Below, in pieces: positions 1 to 13,480 of a DNA stretch of 64,000 nt. The notes beneath the pieces were generated by a model that had not been told where the DNA came from, did no database searches, and saw only the letters and a program-made list of their open reading frames with translations. This stretch comes from the human T2T-CHM13v2.0 reference genome, Homo sapiens, in the NCBI RefSeq assembly GCF_009914755.1, contig NC_060930.1; one strand, given 5' to 3'. Position 1 is the first letter of the stretch; each line of letters starts with the position of its first letter. A program made the translations under genes and the position numbers.

Positions 1-1952
1 CTGACTTTAATATCCTTATGTACTTGAAAATTACATGAAAACCTAGAGCATGGGTTGTAGAAGGGTAAAGATAATCAGTTTTAATATAGGCTCAATTTTC
101 ATCTCTCATGCTGCTTTAATTATGGTTGTACTTCACCCATCAGATAGACTTGAATTTTTAGACCATGAACTGACACATCAGCTGAACTGAGCTCACCATA
201 GGACAAATGTGTATGTCACAGAGATATCTTCAAAATACAAACATAGCATAGAAAAAGCATCATAATTATAATGTGGCTAATTGTTTTGTTTGTTAATTTG
301 TTTTTGTTTTGTTTTCTAAAAGGACTCTTCTCATAATTATGAACCTTTAGAAGTCTTATATACTAATGATATCTCCTGGGGTGCATTATAGGAGGGAAAT
401 TCCCTCACTGTGGTAGCAGAGCCTGGCTGCATCCTCCCTGTCCTCTTGACAACTTGCATCATGCTTGTGTTGAGAGAGGTGTTGTCTCATTTATTCTATG
501 CTCTCACTTGCTCCTAAACTAACATTTCTGCCATGGTTTTTTTTGTTTGTTTTAACTAATTTAATATTGAAATTGTCAATGTAAGACATCCCAGAAGTCA
601 TTATTTTCAGTCCTAAAAGACTATCTTTGCTCTTGTGAAGTCAGGAAGCCAAAGAGCCTCTTGCTGGAACTAATGCTTGTACTAGTTTTAAAAAATTAAA
701 AGAATAAAATGATGCCAAAAAAACACAGATTTATTATGACAAATAAATATAAGGAAAATGAGGAAAGCAATAAGAAGTGAGCCTGTATTTGTTGTAGGAC
801 TCTGACTTAGATATAGTCTAGCCCATGTACCATTTTTTAATTTTTTTGCTCATTGTAGCATTCTACAGCTGTATCCATCCTGTCCTTTTTTTTTCTAGAT
901 CATTCCCTCCTCTTCCCAGTATGCCCTTGAGTCCATCCTCCTTGTAAAATAGCACTGTCCAAGTTAAGTGATTGCACATGACCAATTGACATTATGGTTT
1001 GCACATCATTTTCTGTATTGGAGGAATTTCCATAAAAATCTCAGACTACCTCAGTATGTAAAAAACTTTTTGACATATAAACACACGGTGCTACCACTGT
1101 GAAATATAAACACAAGTTGCTACTAATATTTGGGCAACTCTGATTGTCAGTCACTAGAGTGTATCTCTTCATGTAGTATCAAAGGCCAATATTGAAAGAA
1201 CAGTTAAAATGGAAAACACTGCCCATTTCACCCTAGATTGCTAGAAAAACACCACAGACCGTGTTGCATGAAAATTTTCATTGAATGATGCTGATTTTTC
1301 TCTCTTGCATTAATTTCAGTTCCACTTGCCTGGACTGCTTTGATAAAAGCAATAGAAAGCAAAAGCAATGCTAACGCACATCTTTTCTGGAGCATAAAAT
1401 TTACTGTGCTCTTGAGAACATAATTCTTGAGTAAAGAATATGTTGTAAAAAATAACATCCTGAGCCAAATTAAAAATGCATGTCCTTTTATGTTATGATG
1501 AACTAGTTTAATGTTTTTAAAAAATCATGATCCTAATTCTAATGCAATTGTAGACTACAATGCCTTTACTTAGCCCAGTTTAATGGTTATTTAATCTTAT
1601 TTCTGAAATTCATGTTATCAATATATATTTTAACTACACATAGAAGAACATTTGAATCTAAAGGCTGAATTATATGTCTTTGTACAATGTTAAGCTAATG
1701 AATCAAGTAATAATGTTTTTATTTTGGCTAACTCTATTGATATATGGGAAAGTTACCCCAAATGGCATAGGTTGTAGCTATATTAAGTAATGGTCTATTT
1801 TATTTTATTTTTCTTATAAGTATTTGAAGATTTAAATTTTTTTTGAAATATAACTCTGATGAAAATAACCATCATCAAAGAACAGATTTGTTTTGTCTTG
1901 TGCATATAATTATGTTTTCAGGTGTTCTATTATTCTTATCCAAATATACTCC

Positions 1953-2327
1953 TGTATTAGTCTGTCTTCACACTGCTGATAAAGACACTTCTGAGACTGG
2001 GAAGAAAAAGAGGTTTAATTGGACTTACAGTTCCACATGGCTGGGGAGGCCTTAGAATCATGGCGGGAGGCAAAAGGCACTTACATGGTGGCGGCAAAAG
2101 GCACTTAAATGGTGGCAGCAAAAGAAAATGAGGAAGAAGCAAAAGTGGAAATCCCTGATAAACCCATCACAGCTCATGAGAGTTATTCATTATCACAAGA
2201 ATAGCATGGGAAAGACTGGCCCTCATGATTCTATTACCTCCCCCTGTGTCCCTTCCATAACACGTGGGAATTTTGGGAGATACAATTCAAGTTGAGATTT
2301 GGGTGGGGACACAGCCAAACCATATCA
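1953..2327 (-). mobile_element. THE1A-like MaLR solo LTR
   Basis: The + strand runs TGTATTAGTC...GGGGACACAGCCAAACCATATCA, the reverse complement of the THE1 LTR. Internal GAAAATGAGGAAGAAGCAAAAG and GGGAGATACAATTCAAGTTGAG match the recalled THE1A consensus. Confidence 0.9.
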
Positions 2328-2959
2328 ACTTTATAAGTCTCTCTGAATCAGAGGAATGATCTAATTTTGGTAATAAGTAATAAGCATGCATCTTCTCTTT
2401 GAGAAATTAAGAAATAATTTGGTTTCATAAGATTGAAGAGCTATATTCAATGTTGGAGGTAATTTTACATCATTGTTGGAAGAAATTCAATCTGCTCTTT
2501 GTTAACAGAAGGCGTATATATTAAAATGGTTGTACACATAAGTCAGAGATACAAATAATAATGTAAAAATTATTATAAACCTTCTTTCATCCTCTTATCC
2601 ATATAAGTAAATGAGCTCATTTCTATGAAATGTCAGAAGTTTGCTTTATAATTAATTTAAGAGAATGATGTGAAATAGAATAGAAATTTCAAATGATAGT
2701 ATGCAAAACTTTTGTATCTCTTCCTACTTGCTTTCTATAGGCAGACCTAAAAGTAGAACACTTGATATGCCAGAACTGAAAAGTGGCTTGAAAAACAGTA
2801 TGTGGCACTGATAGTTTTACAGTAGGAGTGTAACACTCATTTAAAAAGGGAGAAGGTAGATTAAGCATATGTGGTTTTTTCTTTACTTCTGTGAAACAGT
2901 CAGAATAACATGTGGTAATTAAGTAGTCAATATTGTACAAATTTTAAAATTAGTGAATT

Positions 2960-3700
2960 TGTTAATTTGCTCAATGAATATTTTTGAGAAACTGCTACTG
3001 TGTGCTGTGTATTTTTCCAGGAGCTACATCTGTGAATGGCAATGTTTGGTTTCTATTCTCAAGTAGCCTACATATTTGTGCTAGGGAACAGTAAAATACA
3101 AAGATCATTACCATACAAAGAGTACTTAGTGCTATAAATCAACTAAGAAAAAGGTGACCCAGAGCCATGGCAGGGTCCTGGAGGCAGGGAATAAAATGTG
3201 GGATGTGGCTGTCAAATGCAGTCATAAAATCAGAAAAGCTGTGAACACTTGAAAAAGGCAATAAATATTTGAAAATAAATAATTTCCAATAGCAATTAAT
3301 TTGGATAAGAAGTGAAACAGTCAGTATTAAGGGATAGATGGTAATTGGAGAGTGGCGCTAGGAACTATTTTAGGCCAGAGACTCTGTGAGGTCACTCTTT
3401 GACTTGAGATCTGAATGATGAGAAGAAACCATAATATCTGAGGGAAGGGCATATCAGATAGACCTAACAGCTAGTGCAAATGGTCTGAGTCAAAGGAGGA
3501 GATTAAGATGTTGTCCAAGAAACAAAAAGAAGGGCAGTAGAACAGTGTGCCTGGAGCAGAGTAAGCTCAGAGGATCTAGTATGACTTGAGCTCATACACA
3601 TAGGCACAGACTCAAGTATTAATTTATCCTCATAGGCAATGTAAGAATCTTATTTTAATTATAATGAAAAATTTTAAGCTAGAGAATGAATCACATTTGA
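2960..3700 (-). mobile_element. L2 3' region, degraded
   Basis: Antisense L2-like motifs (AATGAATATTTTTGAG..., GACTTGAGATCTGAATGATGAGAAG, CAGCTAGTGCAAATGGTCTGAG); boundaries approximate. Confidence 0.6.
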
Positions 3701-4773
3701 ATTGTTCATTTCTATACCATCATATCTAGAAATAGCCTAGCCACAAAATAAGTATGACAATAAATATTTATTAGTGAGTAACTGATAGTTATGATATCAT
3801 TTGATATCATATGATATCTTGAAGAGTTACAATTTCTGTATTATGAGGATAGCACTCAGATTCATTACTTTTCTACATGTCATGCTGTCATTATGACATG
3901 ACAAAAAATGAAATTTTAGAAAACAAAAAATCGTCATCAGACAAGCTAGTGAATAAAATTCAGTTTCTTTTCTATAGCCATAGCTTTTAGCCTGTGATTT
4001 GTTTCTAAGTATGAATAATAATAGTGGCCCTAGGATTGCTGTAAAGGAGTACTATCATTTTACAAAATAATATACCCAAAATAATTCAGATTACTGGAAT
4101 AGATTAGGGACTCTGTGAATATAATAGATCATGATTAAATTTTCATTTGTTAGAAAATTGAAAGAGCACAAAGATAAGTCTGGTTCATCTTCACATAATA
4201 TGCTTGGCTAATCTTAGGAGAGCACATTAGACAACAAGAAGCATTCAGAACACTCAGATCTTCTCAAACTTTGTAATCCCTGCATGCAGTGCTGTTCAAA
4301 ATTGGATTTCTTTGGAATTGTTCTATTCTATTTATGTCAAAACAGGTAATATTTTTCTGGTCCACTAAACTAAACCTCATTTCAACTTTGATGGATATAA
4401 AATAGCTCCTTTTATCCACAAAGGATATAGCATATAGTGATTATGATTTGCCCTCAAAGAAGCTTATTTTATTCGTACTGTGGAATGAATACATCTACTC
4501 TGCAAGGTTATGGCATGAAAATCTCACTTAGACTCTCTTCTTACCTATACTAAGGAGGATTATTAACAGAAATACTAATAAGTGCAATTACCTGGACTGA
4601 TAATTGTGAACAATGAGAAATGAGAGAAAGAGAAAAATAAAAAAAAAAAGCCGTACGTTTGCTCAGTGTTGATGTTATTTGCTTTATCAGGATATACACA
4701 AAAGATGAAAGAAGGGATATAAGAAGGCAAGAATAAATTTATGGAAGTGGCAAAATGTAAGACTATGCCAGTT

Positions 4774-4990
4774 ATAATAGCAAATGTTTATTGAGTCTCT
4801 GTTGTGTTCCAATTACTATTCTAAGTACCTTATATACATTATTTAATTTAACCTGCACAACAACTCTATGGAAGCTACTGTTATTTTTCTTGCTTTATAG
4901 ACAAGGAAGCTGAAGCACAGAGAGATTCCATACCTTTCTTACAAACCCCCAGTTAGTAAGTGGGGAAGTCATGTTTGTATGAACAATGTA
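4774..4990 (-). mobile_element. MIR SINE
   Basis: ATAATAGCAAATGTTTATTGAG...TATAGACAAGGAAGCTGAAGCACAGAGAG...CAGTTAGTAAGTGG, the antisense MIR core. Confidence 0.8.
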
Positions 4991-5009
4991 GTTTTGCCCT
5001 ACAGCCCAA

Positions 5010-5420
5010 CGTGGCAGCATGAGGAGTGCCACTTGGATCTCTCTTTAAGAAAGATTTGCTCTTTGGCTGCAAAGAGTGAAGTTGGCTGATGGTGTCTAAC
5101 TCCAACATCTAACTTCTGAATCAAGACTGAGCTCTTTTTGGACTTCCCCAGCCAACGATGAGTGTGGCAGAGGTACCAGAGTCAGGCTGTCCATTGTGGG
5201 TCTTCTCTAATGAGCAACTTCGCTTCAAAGCCCCTTTGCCAGAAGAGACTTTGACAGATCTGTATCTTAGTCTAAGACGTTCCTTTTCTTTTTCTTTTTT
5301 TTCTGGCTCTGAAGGCTTCTTTTGCATGTCTCCTCTGCACTTTGCTCTGCCGCCATGCCAATAAATTCCTTGCACCTAACTCTATCTCAACAACTGCTTC
5401 TCAGAGAGTAGAGACATGAT
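5010..5420 (+). mobile_element. ERVL LTR, LTR16-like
   Basis: The 3' end AATAAATTCCTTGCACCTAACTCTATCTCAACAACTGCTTCTCAGAGA resembles the LTR16-family polyA/U5 end; CTTCCCCAGCCAACGATGAG lies internally. Confidence 0.6.
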
Positions 5421-5546
5421 CAGTCCAGACACATGATCATTACTCCCCAAAAGCATAGTATAAACTGAACTTGTGACTTCTTGGTGAAATTAAGAATGTT
5501 TACGTATAGTATGTGCCAAACATTGTGCTAAAGCTTTATATTTACA

Positions 5547-5848
<302 letters not shown>

Positions 5849-6289
5849 AGCTTTATATTTACATTATGTGACCCTTTAGTTCTTATTACAAATTTGTGTT
5901 ATACATTATCTTTTCTTAGAATTACAAACGAAGAAAAGACAGCTTCTAGAAAGTAAGAAATTTGCAGAAACTGATGAATAAAACAATATTATGATTCACA
6001 CGTATGTCTTCTTGATGCCACAAAACCAACCTATTTCTGTAGAAGACAATTAATACATAGCTTTCTAAAGATACTTATAAAGAGGTAAGAAGAAACGAGC
6101 AGACATATTGTTTGGTGAAAATGGTATTATTAGTACAAATGATAGAAGGAAGAATAACCAATGCATCTTTTCTAGAGTAAAGAAAATTATCCCCAAACTA
6201 AAAAATGTTAAACAATGTAAAGAAGATGTTGCTGCCTGAGATAGTACATGAAAGTGGTATGAAGTAGTCCCTAGTTACTTCACATTAAT

Positions 6290-6510
6290 CCAAGTTTCCA
6301 GATTCTGAAGAATTATATTCTAGGAAACCGAAGAAGTGTACAAATGTGATCCCAGAGTCACCACCAGAACTATTTTAATTATTCAGGAAGGAAGAAATGT
6401 GGGATGCTCAGAAGTAAACAAAAGTCTCAATTTTCAAAAAGAATAAATTTATGGCTACATTAGATATTGACCTCTGGGGGAAAAGTTATAGAATGGATAT
6501 CAAATAGATT
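6290..6510 (+). mobile_element. L3/CR1 ORF2 relic, part 1 (RT N-terminal)
   Basis: Conceptual translation KFPDSEELYSRKPKKCTNVIPESPPELF ... VSIFKK ... LTSGGKVIEWI resembles CR1 KSPGPDELHPRVLKELADVIAEPLSIIF ... VPIFKK ... LTSIPGKILEQI. Confidence 0.7.
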
Positions 6511-7090
6511 TGTCTTGTATTTTAAATTTTTTTGTAAAGTCTAAATGAAAAGATTAAGAGAAATAAATGGAATACTATAAAATGGCCAGAAATATGCTAT
6601 TACATATGTTTATATCTATATATACAGATACATTAAGAGATAAATTCCTTTTTCTTCACAAATTGTTTTATAATTTTTCAAAATCTGCAAAGTGAATGGT
6701 ATAGCCTAGAGTCACTGTAGTCTGCATATTAGCAAGAAGTCACACAGGTAGGGTTTCTTGCTACAATTTTTATTGCTTCCCTGGGTTCTTTCTGACAATT
6801 CAGAAGTTAGAAGACTTTGGGAGACCGGTAATGGGACTTACATTGAATCAAACTCAAAATCCAAAGACCCAGTTATATTCAACTATATAAAGAAAAAGTG
6901 GCTAGTTAAATTATATTTTTCTTTAGTTGTCAAGTTTTCAAAATGGTTAGGTGAATCAGATTTTTGTTTTCTTTTTTGTTTGTTTGTTTAAAGTCTATAG
7001 GGAAATGAGACTTAACGATTTCTGAGTTTAAATTCCCAGCGGTCTTTCTAACTAGTACAGTGAAAAGTTATTTGAGTTTTCTGTAACTGA

Positions 7091-7150
7091 AATTTTCTTA
7101 TCTGAAAATCTAAGTTATGCAATTTTCTTATCTGAAAATCTATGTTATGA
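7091..7150. repeat. 30-bp tandem duplication (2 copies)
   Basis: AATTTTCTTATCTGAAAATCTAAGTTATGC / AATTTTCTTATCTGAAAATCTATGTTATGA, 2 mismatches. Confidence 0.95.
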
Positions 7151-7647
7151 GTATCTATGGTTACCTGGAGCTGGAAACTTCTCTGCATATATGTATGGAG
7201 TCTATTGATGTGTACAATACCGGTGGAGGGAGTTGAGATAGCCATGAGCAGAAGGTGACAGAAATACTGAGAGAAGAAAGCCAAACACAAAAGAATATAG
7301 AGTTAGAACTCTATATAAAGTACATAAACAGATAAAACTGGGTTGCTGCTAGCAAATATTTCACCTTTCTGTAAACATCCAGAAAAGCTGATGAAGCTCT
7401 GAGCCAGAGCAGATGACTTGGTTGTTAGAAAGGGCTGAGTTTCAGATTTTTCTGGTGCTCCTCACTGTCTATCCTTATGCAGGGTACACCCATCGGTGGA
7501 AGTTCTGCATTCTCTTCCAACTATCTTCCTATAAGAAACTAGCCTGTGAGAAGGAACACTGTTTCCCTTGCCTTACAGATATCATCAATGTCTCCTCTTT
7601 CACTTCTCCCACATTGTCTTCTTAATGCCAAGTAGATATTTCAAATT

Positions 7648-7669
7648 CACACACACACACACACACACA
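7648..7669. repeat. (CA)11 microsatellite
   Basis: Direct reading. Confidence 0.95.
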
Positions 7670-7841
7670 AATGATCAACACATATCAGTGAGAATTTGTG
7701 ATGGCACAGTGCAACCTGACAGCTGTCATCCCCAAAAGCAGGATGCTATAGGTGGAGGAAGAGAGAATAAATCACAGGGACCCTGGATCTTAGGAGCAAA
7801 AAGAGCAGATCACCAGAATGAAAGAATAATAAACAAAAGCA

Positions 7842-8154
7842 GCCTGGGTGTGGTGGCTCACATCTGTAATCCCAGCACTTTGGGAGGCCAAGGTGGGTGG
7901 ATCATTTGAGGTCAGGAGCTCGAAATCAGCCTGGTCAACATGGTGAAACCCCACCTCTACTAAAAATACCAAAATTAGCTGGGCATGGTGGCAGGTGCCT
8001 GTAGTCCCAGCTACTCGGGAGGCTGAGGTAGGAGAATCACTTGAACCCAGGAGGCAGAGGTTTCAGGGAGCCGAAATCGCACCACTGCACTCCAGCCTGG
8101 GCAACAGAGCAAGACTCCATCTCAAAAAACAAAACCCAAAAAAATAATAAAAAA
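7842..8154 (+). mobile_element. AluS (Sz/Sx-like)
   Basis: Full dimer with central A-rich linker and degenerate A tail; TSD not clear. Confidence 0.95.
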
Positions 8155-8679
8155 GGTAAATACATCACAGAAATTTAGGATTATGATGTTTACATCAACC
8201 TTCTTTCTGACTGATTTATAAAGAGAATTCAGCAATCAACCTAGAGAATAATACATGCAGAACAAAGAGCCTGTGGAGTGAAAATTATTAAATATGGACA
8301 AATTTCACCTTTTTAACAATGAGTAAGTACAGAAAAAAGAACATGGAGATTTGAAAAAGTTTAAGTAACTTTTTGAAAAATAAGTAGATTATAAAAATAT
8401 ATGGCCACTACAAAAGAGGAATAGAATAGGATGAAGAAGAAACAAATTAGTTAAGTCTGAAAGTAGATAAGAAAAAAGACAATCCACAAGGAAATTAAAA
8501 CCACCAGATCCACCTTAGTGATAGTAAGAGTAAAATCAATGTCACAGAATGCTGGATCAGGAAAATAAAGGATACAATTTACCAGCTTTTCATGTATGCA
8601 GGAAAAAAGAGCAAAGTAATGAATGTGCTAAGAGAAGAAGATAAAACAAGAGGACAAACAACAGTAAGATAGATGATAC

Positions 8680-9775
8680 TGTAGCAATTTTATTATTGTT
8701 TACAACCATTTGCTTCCATTTGCCTTGTAAGAAGATCATACATTTCTGCCACTGCAAGGTAACTTACAATGTAGAACCCACTTTGTATTTTTAAGCCTGG
8801 TCAGATGATTACTTGGGACAGGGTGTTCCTGGAACCAAGCTGGTTCCAGCTGAAGGAGAAGCAGACAAACTAGGAAAGAAGGGAATTTATTGCTGTAACC
8901 GGATACAGGGAGAAGGCCGGAGATCATTCCACCAGACCAACTCAAAGTGTTACAATTTTCTTAGTGCTTATATAGGTTGGGGTTATGTGCCTAAGTGCAG
9001 TATAGCATGCACCTAAGTCTATTGGTAACTAATTTTGTTTCAGCTAGAAGGTCAGAGGCAAACAGTGCTTGCTAAGTCTGATTAAATGGGCCCCAGGACC
9101 TTCAAGGCCTGTCTACTGTGATACTGGAGTGATTGTTTCTATCTTATCTCCTTTACAGCTTGGTCTGGAGAGCTGCCTTAGACTCTCCAATGAATCTATT
9201 CAAACAGCTGCCTCTGTTACCTTGACTCGTCTCATATTCTGTTGACCCGAGATGGGTTCTGGCACTAGGAATATGACTATCTCTATTATTTTGGCTTGCT
9301 CCCCAGGTTAGGGAGAAGCCCATGCAAGGCTCCTACTGACCATATGTTTCATTTTTAACTTTGATGTCCAGGCACTGATTTCCCTAGGTTTAATTATTTG
9401 CTCAATGTTAGGGCAGTTCTGTGGAAATCTGTCTGTGCAACTGAAGTGCTATGCAGGCCTGTCGGTGAGACTGTCATGCAGGCTTGTCTGTGTGATTGTC
9501 AGGGAGAATTGACCTACCATAAAGGAAACATGGTATTTTACTTCCAAGAGGAATTGCTAAGAGGCATTGCATATTTCTATCATCTTTCTTGCTTTTCTTT
9601 CTGCCACAAGAATGACATAGTCTAAAAAGCAGCTGCTCTGACAGCTTGGATTGCAGAATGAGGAAATATATAAAGGAGAACATAAGTGACATACAGCATA
9701 AGCAAAATATAAATGTTTGTTGTGTAAGTTACTGAGACTGGGAACCATTTTTTTTTTTTTGCTACAGCAAAGTCA
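8680..9775 (+). mobile_element. MLT1 (old MaLR) LTR split by an ERV1 LTR
   Basis: 5' part at 8680-8823. The 3' part at 9522-9775 ends ATAAATGTTTGTTGTGTAAGTTACTGAGA...GCTACAGCA, a typical MLT1 end. Confidence 0.65.
8824..9521 (-). mobile_element. ERV1-class solo LTR (PABL-like, tentative)
   Basis: ~700 bp. TG at the left end, near-match 4-bp flanks AGGG/AAGG, antisense polyA signal (TTTATT near 8886). The minus strand begins TATGGTAGGTCAATTCTCCCTGACAATCACACAGAC. Subfamily is from memory only. Confidence 0.65.
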
Positions 9776-12149
9776 ACACAAAAATAAATGTTATTTGGAA
9801 GGATGATACAGAATGACTTCAACAGGAAACATAGGCAAGGATAAAATAGACTTCCTCCAGAAAGAAATGGGCATGTAAATAAATACATATAGTTTCCCAA
9901 ATGAATGCAACTAGAATTGGTGTTAACTTCTCTTCCACAGAACTGTGTGCAAGACAAGGCACAATCTATGGAATTTTGAGAAAATTGGGTGGTGACATTA
10001 TATATGGCTAAGGCATTTATGTGAGCCTTCTGAAAAGCATTCTAAGGTTTGTGTACATTAAGAAAATGTTAATGGTACTTCTCAAGCTTTTTTATTGCAA
10101 GTGTCATAAACACTACTTGGTCTCGAAAAAATAACACTTACTGATTCTCACAATTTCAGACTATTGATGAATGCACTTACAGAAAGAGCAAGGACACGTG
10201 ATGCAGAAGCAACTGGAATCCAGGAACAGAACTCCTCCAGGTGTCTCCATTCCTTTCTGCGTCTCTCCATGTGTCGTCTTTTCAATGCAGAGAAAGTTGC
10301 ATATTATTATGCATAAGAAATTTACAGCTTACAAAGCCTTGCAAGAACTCTTGAGACCAGTTGGGAAAGACAGAGAAAGAGAGAGAGAAAAAATTGACTT
10401 CTGCTTAAATCGTGTTAAAAAAACAAAATGTAAAACTTAAAACATTTCCAAAGAAGTTCTCCACCAGTTAAATGAGGTAATAATATCTAGGTTAAAAATT
10501 CCAAATCATATCATTAAAGGTAGAGACTAAGATTTGAGACAGGCACTTGTGATAAAAGTGTACTAAACTCCTTGAATAAGTTGGGCAAAGTACAGGAAGT
10601 AGACAAAAAAAATAATTAATAGAAAATAAGTTTTGAAAATTGTACCTTTTATTACATTATTATTAATTGACAAATAGTGAAAATATGCTAAGCAACTGAC
10701 TCAGGAAAAAGAATAATAACCTACGCTAATATTATGAAATTAAGACTTATTAAAATAAAATCAGCAATAAATAAGATAAAAATGTAATAGATAAATTAAA
10801 TATTTGATTTTCTTGAAAAAGAAGATGTGGACAAACTTCTGGGAAACAGAAGTAAAAATACACAGGATTAACTGAAAAAAACAATTAGAGATGGCTGAGA
10901 ACATTTGAAAATTAGAGAATAACATTCAATTTTCTATAAATACATTTAAAATTTTCTTAAAAGTAGATATTTTTCTACCAAAATACAAATTATGAAGACT
11001 AATTTAAACAGATGTAGAGAATCCAAAATGGACCAATGGTGAAGGAAGAAATGAAAAAAAAGACAAAATATTGTCAAGAACCCACACCCACACAAAACTA
11101 ATCTTATGTTCTTATAGAATATACAAAAGGTGGAGCTCATTTTTACGTAGGCAGTACAATAAAATATGAAACCTAAAAAATATACTCTTGCATAACTCCT
11201 CAAAAGAATTCTAGGATAATAGATTTTAAATCTAAGTAGTAAAACTTAAGAAAACAAATGAGTACTCATTCAATATTAAGGCAGAATGGATTTTGTAAAC
11301 TTGAGCTAATCAGATGAAACTGTGGAGCGTAGTCTGCTTTTACTATGTAAATAGGAAAAAAATGAATAACGTTGCAAAGTAAATAACCTATGGCAAACAC
11401 TTTGTAATTTGATAGAAAACATTATTTTCTCAGCATCTAAAATATTCTGGCAGATTAATCACAAAACATGAATACCTGAATTTAAAATGAAAATTTAGAC
11501 CAGTATATGAATGGGAGATTCACAACAGAAAATTTATAAATAACTGATAAAACCTTGTAGATATATTCAATGTTTTTTGTATTAAAAAAATGGAAATTAA
11601 AGATAAATTGAAATACCATATTTTTATTTGTAAATTTGGCAAAAGCTCTAATATCCAGGGTTGGAGAAAATACTTACAATGTGGTTTCACACACAGTCTT
11701 GTCAAGAGCATAAATTTGTACAATTTTTCTAGAAAGAAATTTTATAATTTGTGTAGGAAACCATGAAACCCTGCGAGAATTTGTATTATAAATAATACTT
11801 TCAGGAATTTATCCTAAAGACACAATCGAGGGTGAACATTAAGCTTTATATAAAAATACTTTCCTAAAAAATTATTTAAAATAATGATGATAATAACTGG
11901 AACAAACCAGAATGTACATTGAGAGATGACTGGTTAATTTATGAAACACCATGTGATAAAATATGGTTTAGTCAATAATGTTAATAATAAAATAAATATT
12001 TATTTACATGGAAAGATATATATTTTAACTATAAAATATTTTTGACAGAGTAGAATGCTATTCTGTATATTTAAAAATGAAAATTTTTATAACAAATAAT
12101 AGCCGCTCCTAACTGTGATAAGTAACTTTGCAGACTTTTGTATGCATAT

Positions 12150-12440
12150 TCATGTAACATTAACAGATAATAGTTATTCCACACACAAAGACTATTTTGA
12201 TGTAAGCAAAGAATTGGCTTTTTAAAAATTGTGTACATAAAAATGTAGTCTGGATAATAAACTTTGACATGAATTCACAGTTGTTTGAACAATTGCATCC
12301 AAGAAGTGTTGAATCAAACCTCTGTGTCATCCTAATAGATTAAGTCCTTGTCCTGTCCTCTTCAACAATTTTATCACTGTCTTATAACAAATTATTGTAG
12401 GTATGACAGATGACACAAAATTGTAGAGTACAGAATGTCA
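12150..12440 (+). mobile_element. L3/CR1 ORF2 relic, part 2 (RT core)
   Basis: YFDVSKEL (~YLDFSKAF) near 12193, PVLFNNFITVL (~PVLFNIFINDL) near 12352, TDDTKL (~ADDTKL) near 12406. Confidence 0.75.
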
Positions 12441-12599
12441 GAAAACAAGGAGTAGTAGGGTTTGCATAAAAGTGGAGTGTATGACCTTTCTGGACATATT
12501 CTAATTCAGTATTTTTTTTCTTTTATACACTATGTAGGCCAAACCAAAACCAGCTTGTCGATTAAAACTTTATGACCATGATAGGGGAATGTTTAAGTT

Positions 12600-12835
12600 T
12601 ATTTTGTCAGCAGTTACACTGTTCTATACATTGCACAGATAATAATGTATTTAATCTTTACAATGGGGCTCTGAGACAGGTGTTATTACAGTCTCTTTTA
12701 GAGATAAGAAATCTGAGGCACAGAGAGATTGATTAATTTGTCTAAGTTTACACAGCTAGTGAATGGTGAAGCAGAGATTAGAACCCAGTGTCTGTCTCCA
12801 TAGCTAGTGCTCTTAGACACTATGCTGCCCTGCTT
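12600..12835 (-). mobile_element. MIR (MIRb-like)
   Basis: AGATAAGAAATCTGAGGCACAGAGAG...CACAGCTAGTGAATGGTGAAGCAGAGATTAGAACCCAG. Confidence 0.9.
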
Positions 12836-13309
12836 TGAGCCCTGTGCAAGTTGATGCAGAAGTGAGTGAAGCACTGCCTCTCACCTCAGGTCAAACAGGA
12901 GAATCAGGCACGTGATAATTGACAAATACCATGCAATGTTGAGTGGATTATAATGGAGATGCGAAAGGCATGTTTGTAGCAGAGAAGGCTGGAGTCAGCT
13001 CTTCCTCCTGGAGGCTAGTTTGTTATGTGCGGTTCTATTCTTATGCAAAGCCTCTCCTTCCAGCTATTCAGCCCCTCATGTGCATGGACTTCCTTTAGGT
13101 TCACTGATCTGTGTACAGACACTCTCAGGTATGCATTAATTTCAGCCACAAAGAGCTTGGGCTCTAAGAAGAGAGGAAGATATTAGAGGAGTGTCCTCAC
13201 TACGTATGTATCTTTCTATCACACTTTCCACTACCAAGTGATATATTCTTTAAATGTCTCATTCGGTTTTTCAGTCTTTTATACAATTCTGAATCTAGTT
13301 GTCCTTGAG

Positions 13310-13480
13310 AACAAGTGATGTGTCATGGAAAGAGAAATGGCTATGCGTTTACTTGGGCCTAAACTAGAATCCCTGCTTTGTGAGGGACAAGTTGTGTTAT
13401 CTTGTAGAAGGTATTTGATCACTCTAACACTCGGTTCCCCCCTGTGGTAAGTGGGTATAATAAAAACTACTACAAGGTAG
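13310..13480 (+). mobile_element. MIR
   Basis: Degraded sense MIR (TAGAATCCCTGCTTTG...GTAAGTGGGTATAATAA). Confidence 0.55.

Larger units (their letters stand above)
8155..12090 (+). mobile_element. Old L1M (L1ME-like) fragments, interrupted by LTRs
   Basis: A-rich, strand-biased sequence with ORF1/ORF2-like pieces and an L1ME-type 3' region at ~11380-12090 (TCAGGAATTTATCCTAAAGA, AACTGGAACAAACCAGAATGT). Confidence 0.55.

Noticed and set aside
7091-7150. 30-bp direct repeats as a CRISPR-like array
   Set aside because: Only two adjacent copies with no spacer, in eukaryotic DNA; a simple tandem duplication.
13099-13128. Possible 30-nt micro-exon (CCTTTAG|...CTCAG|GTATGC)
   Set aside because: Short pyrimidine tract, no recognisable peptide and no partner exons; such patterns are expected by chance in 64 kb.
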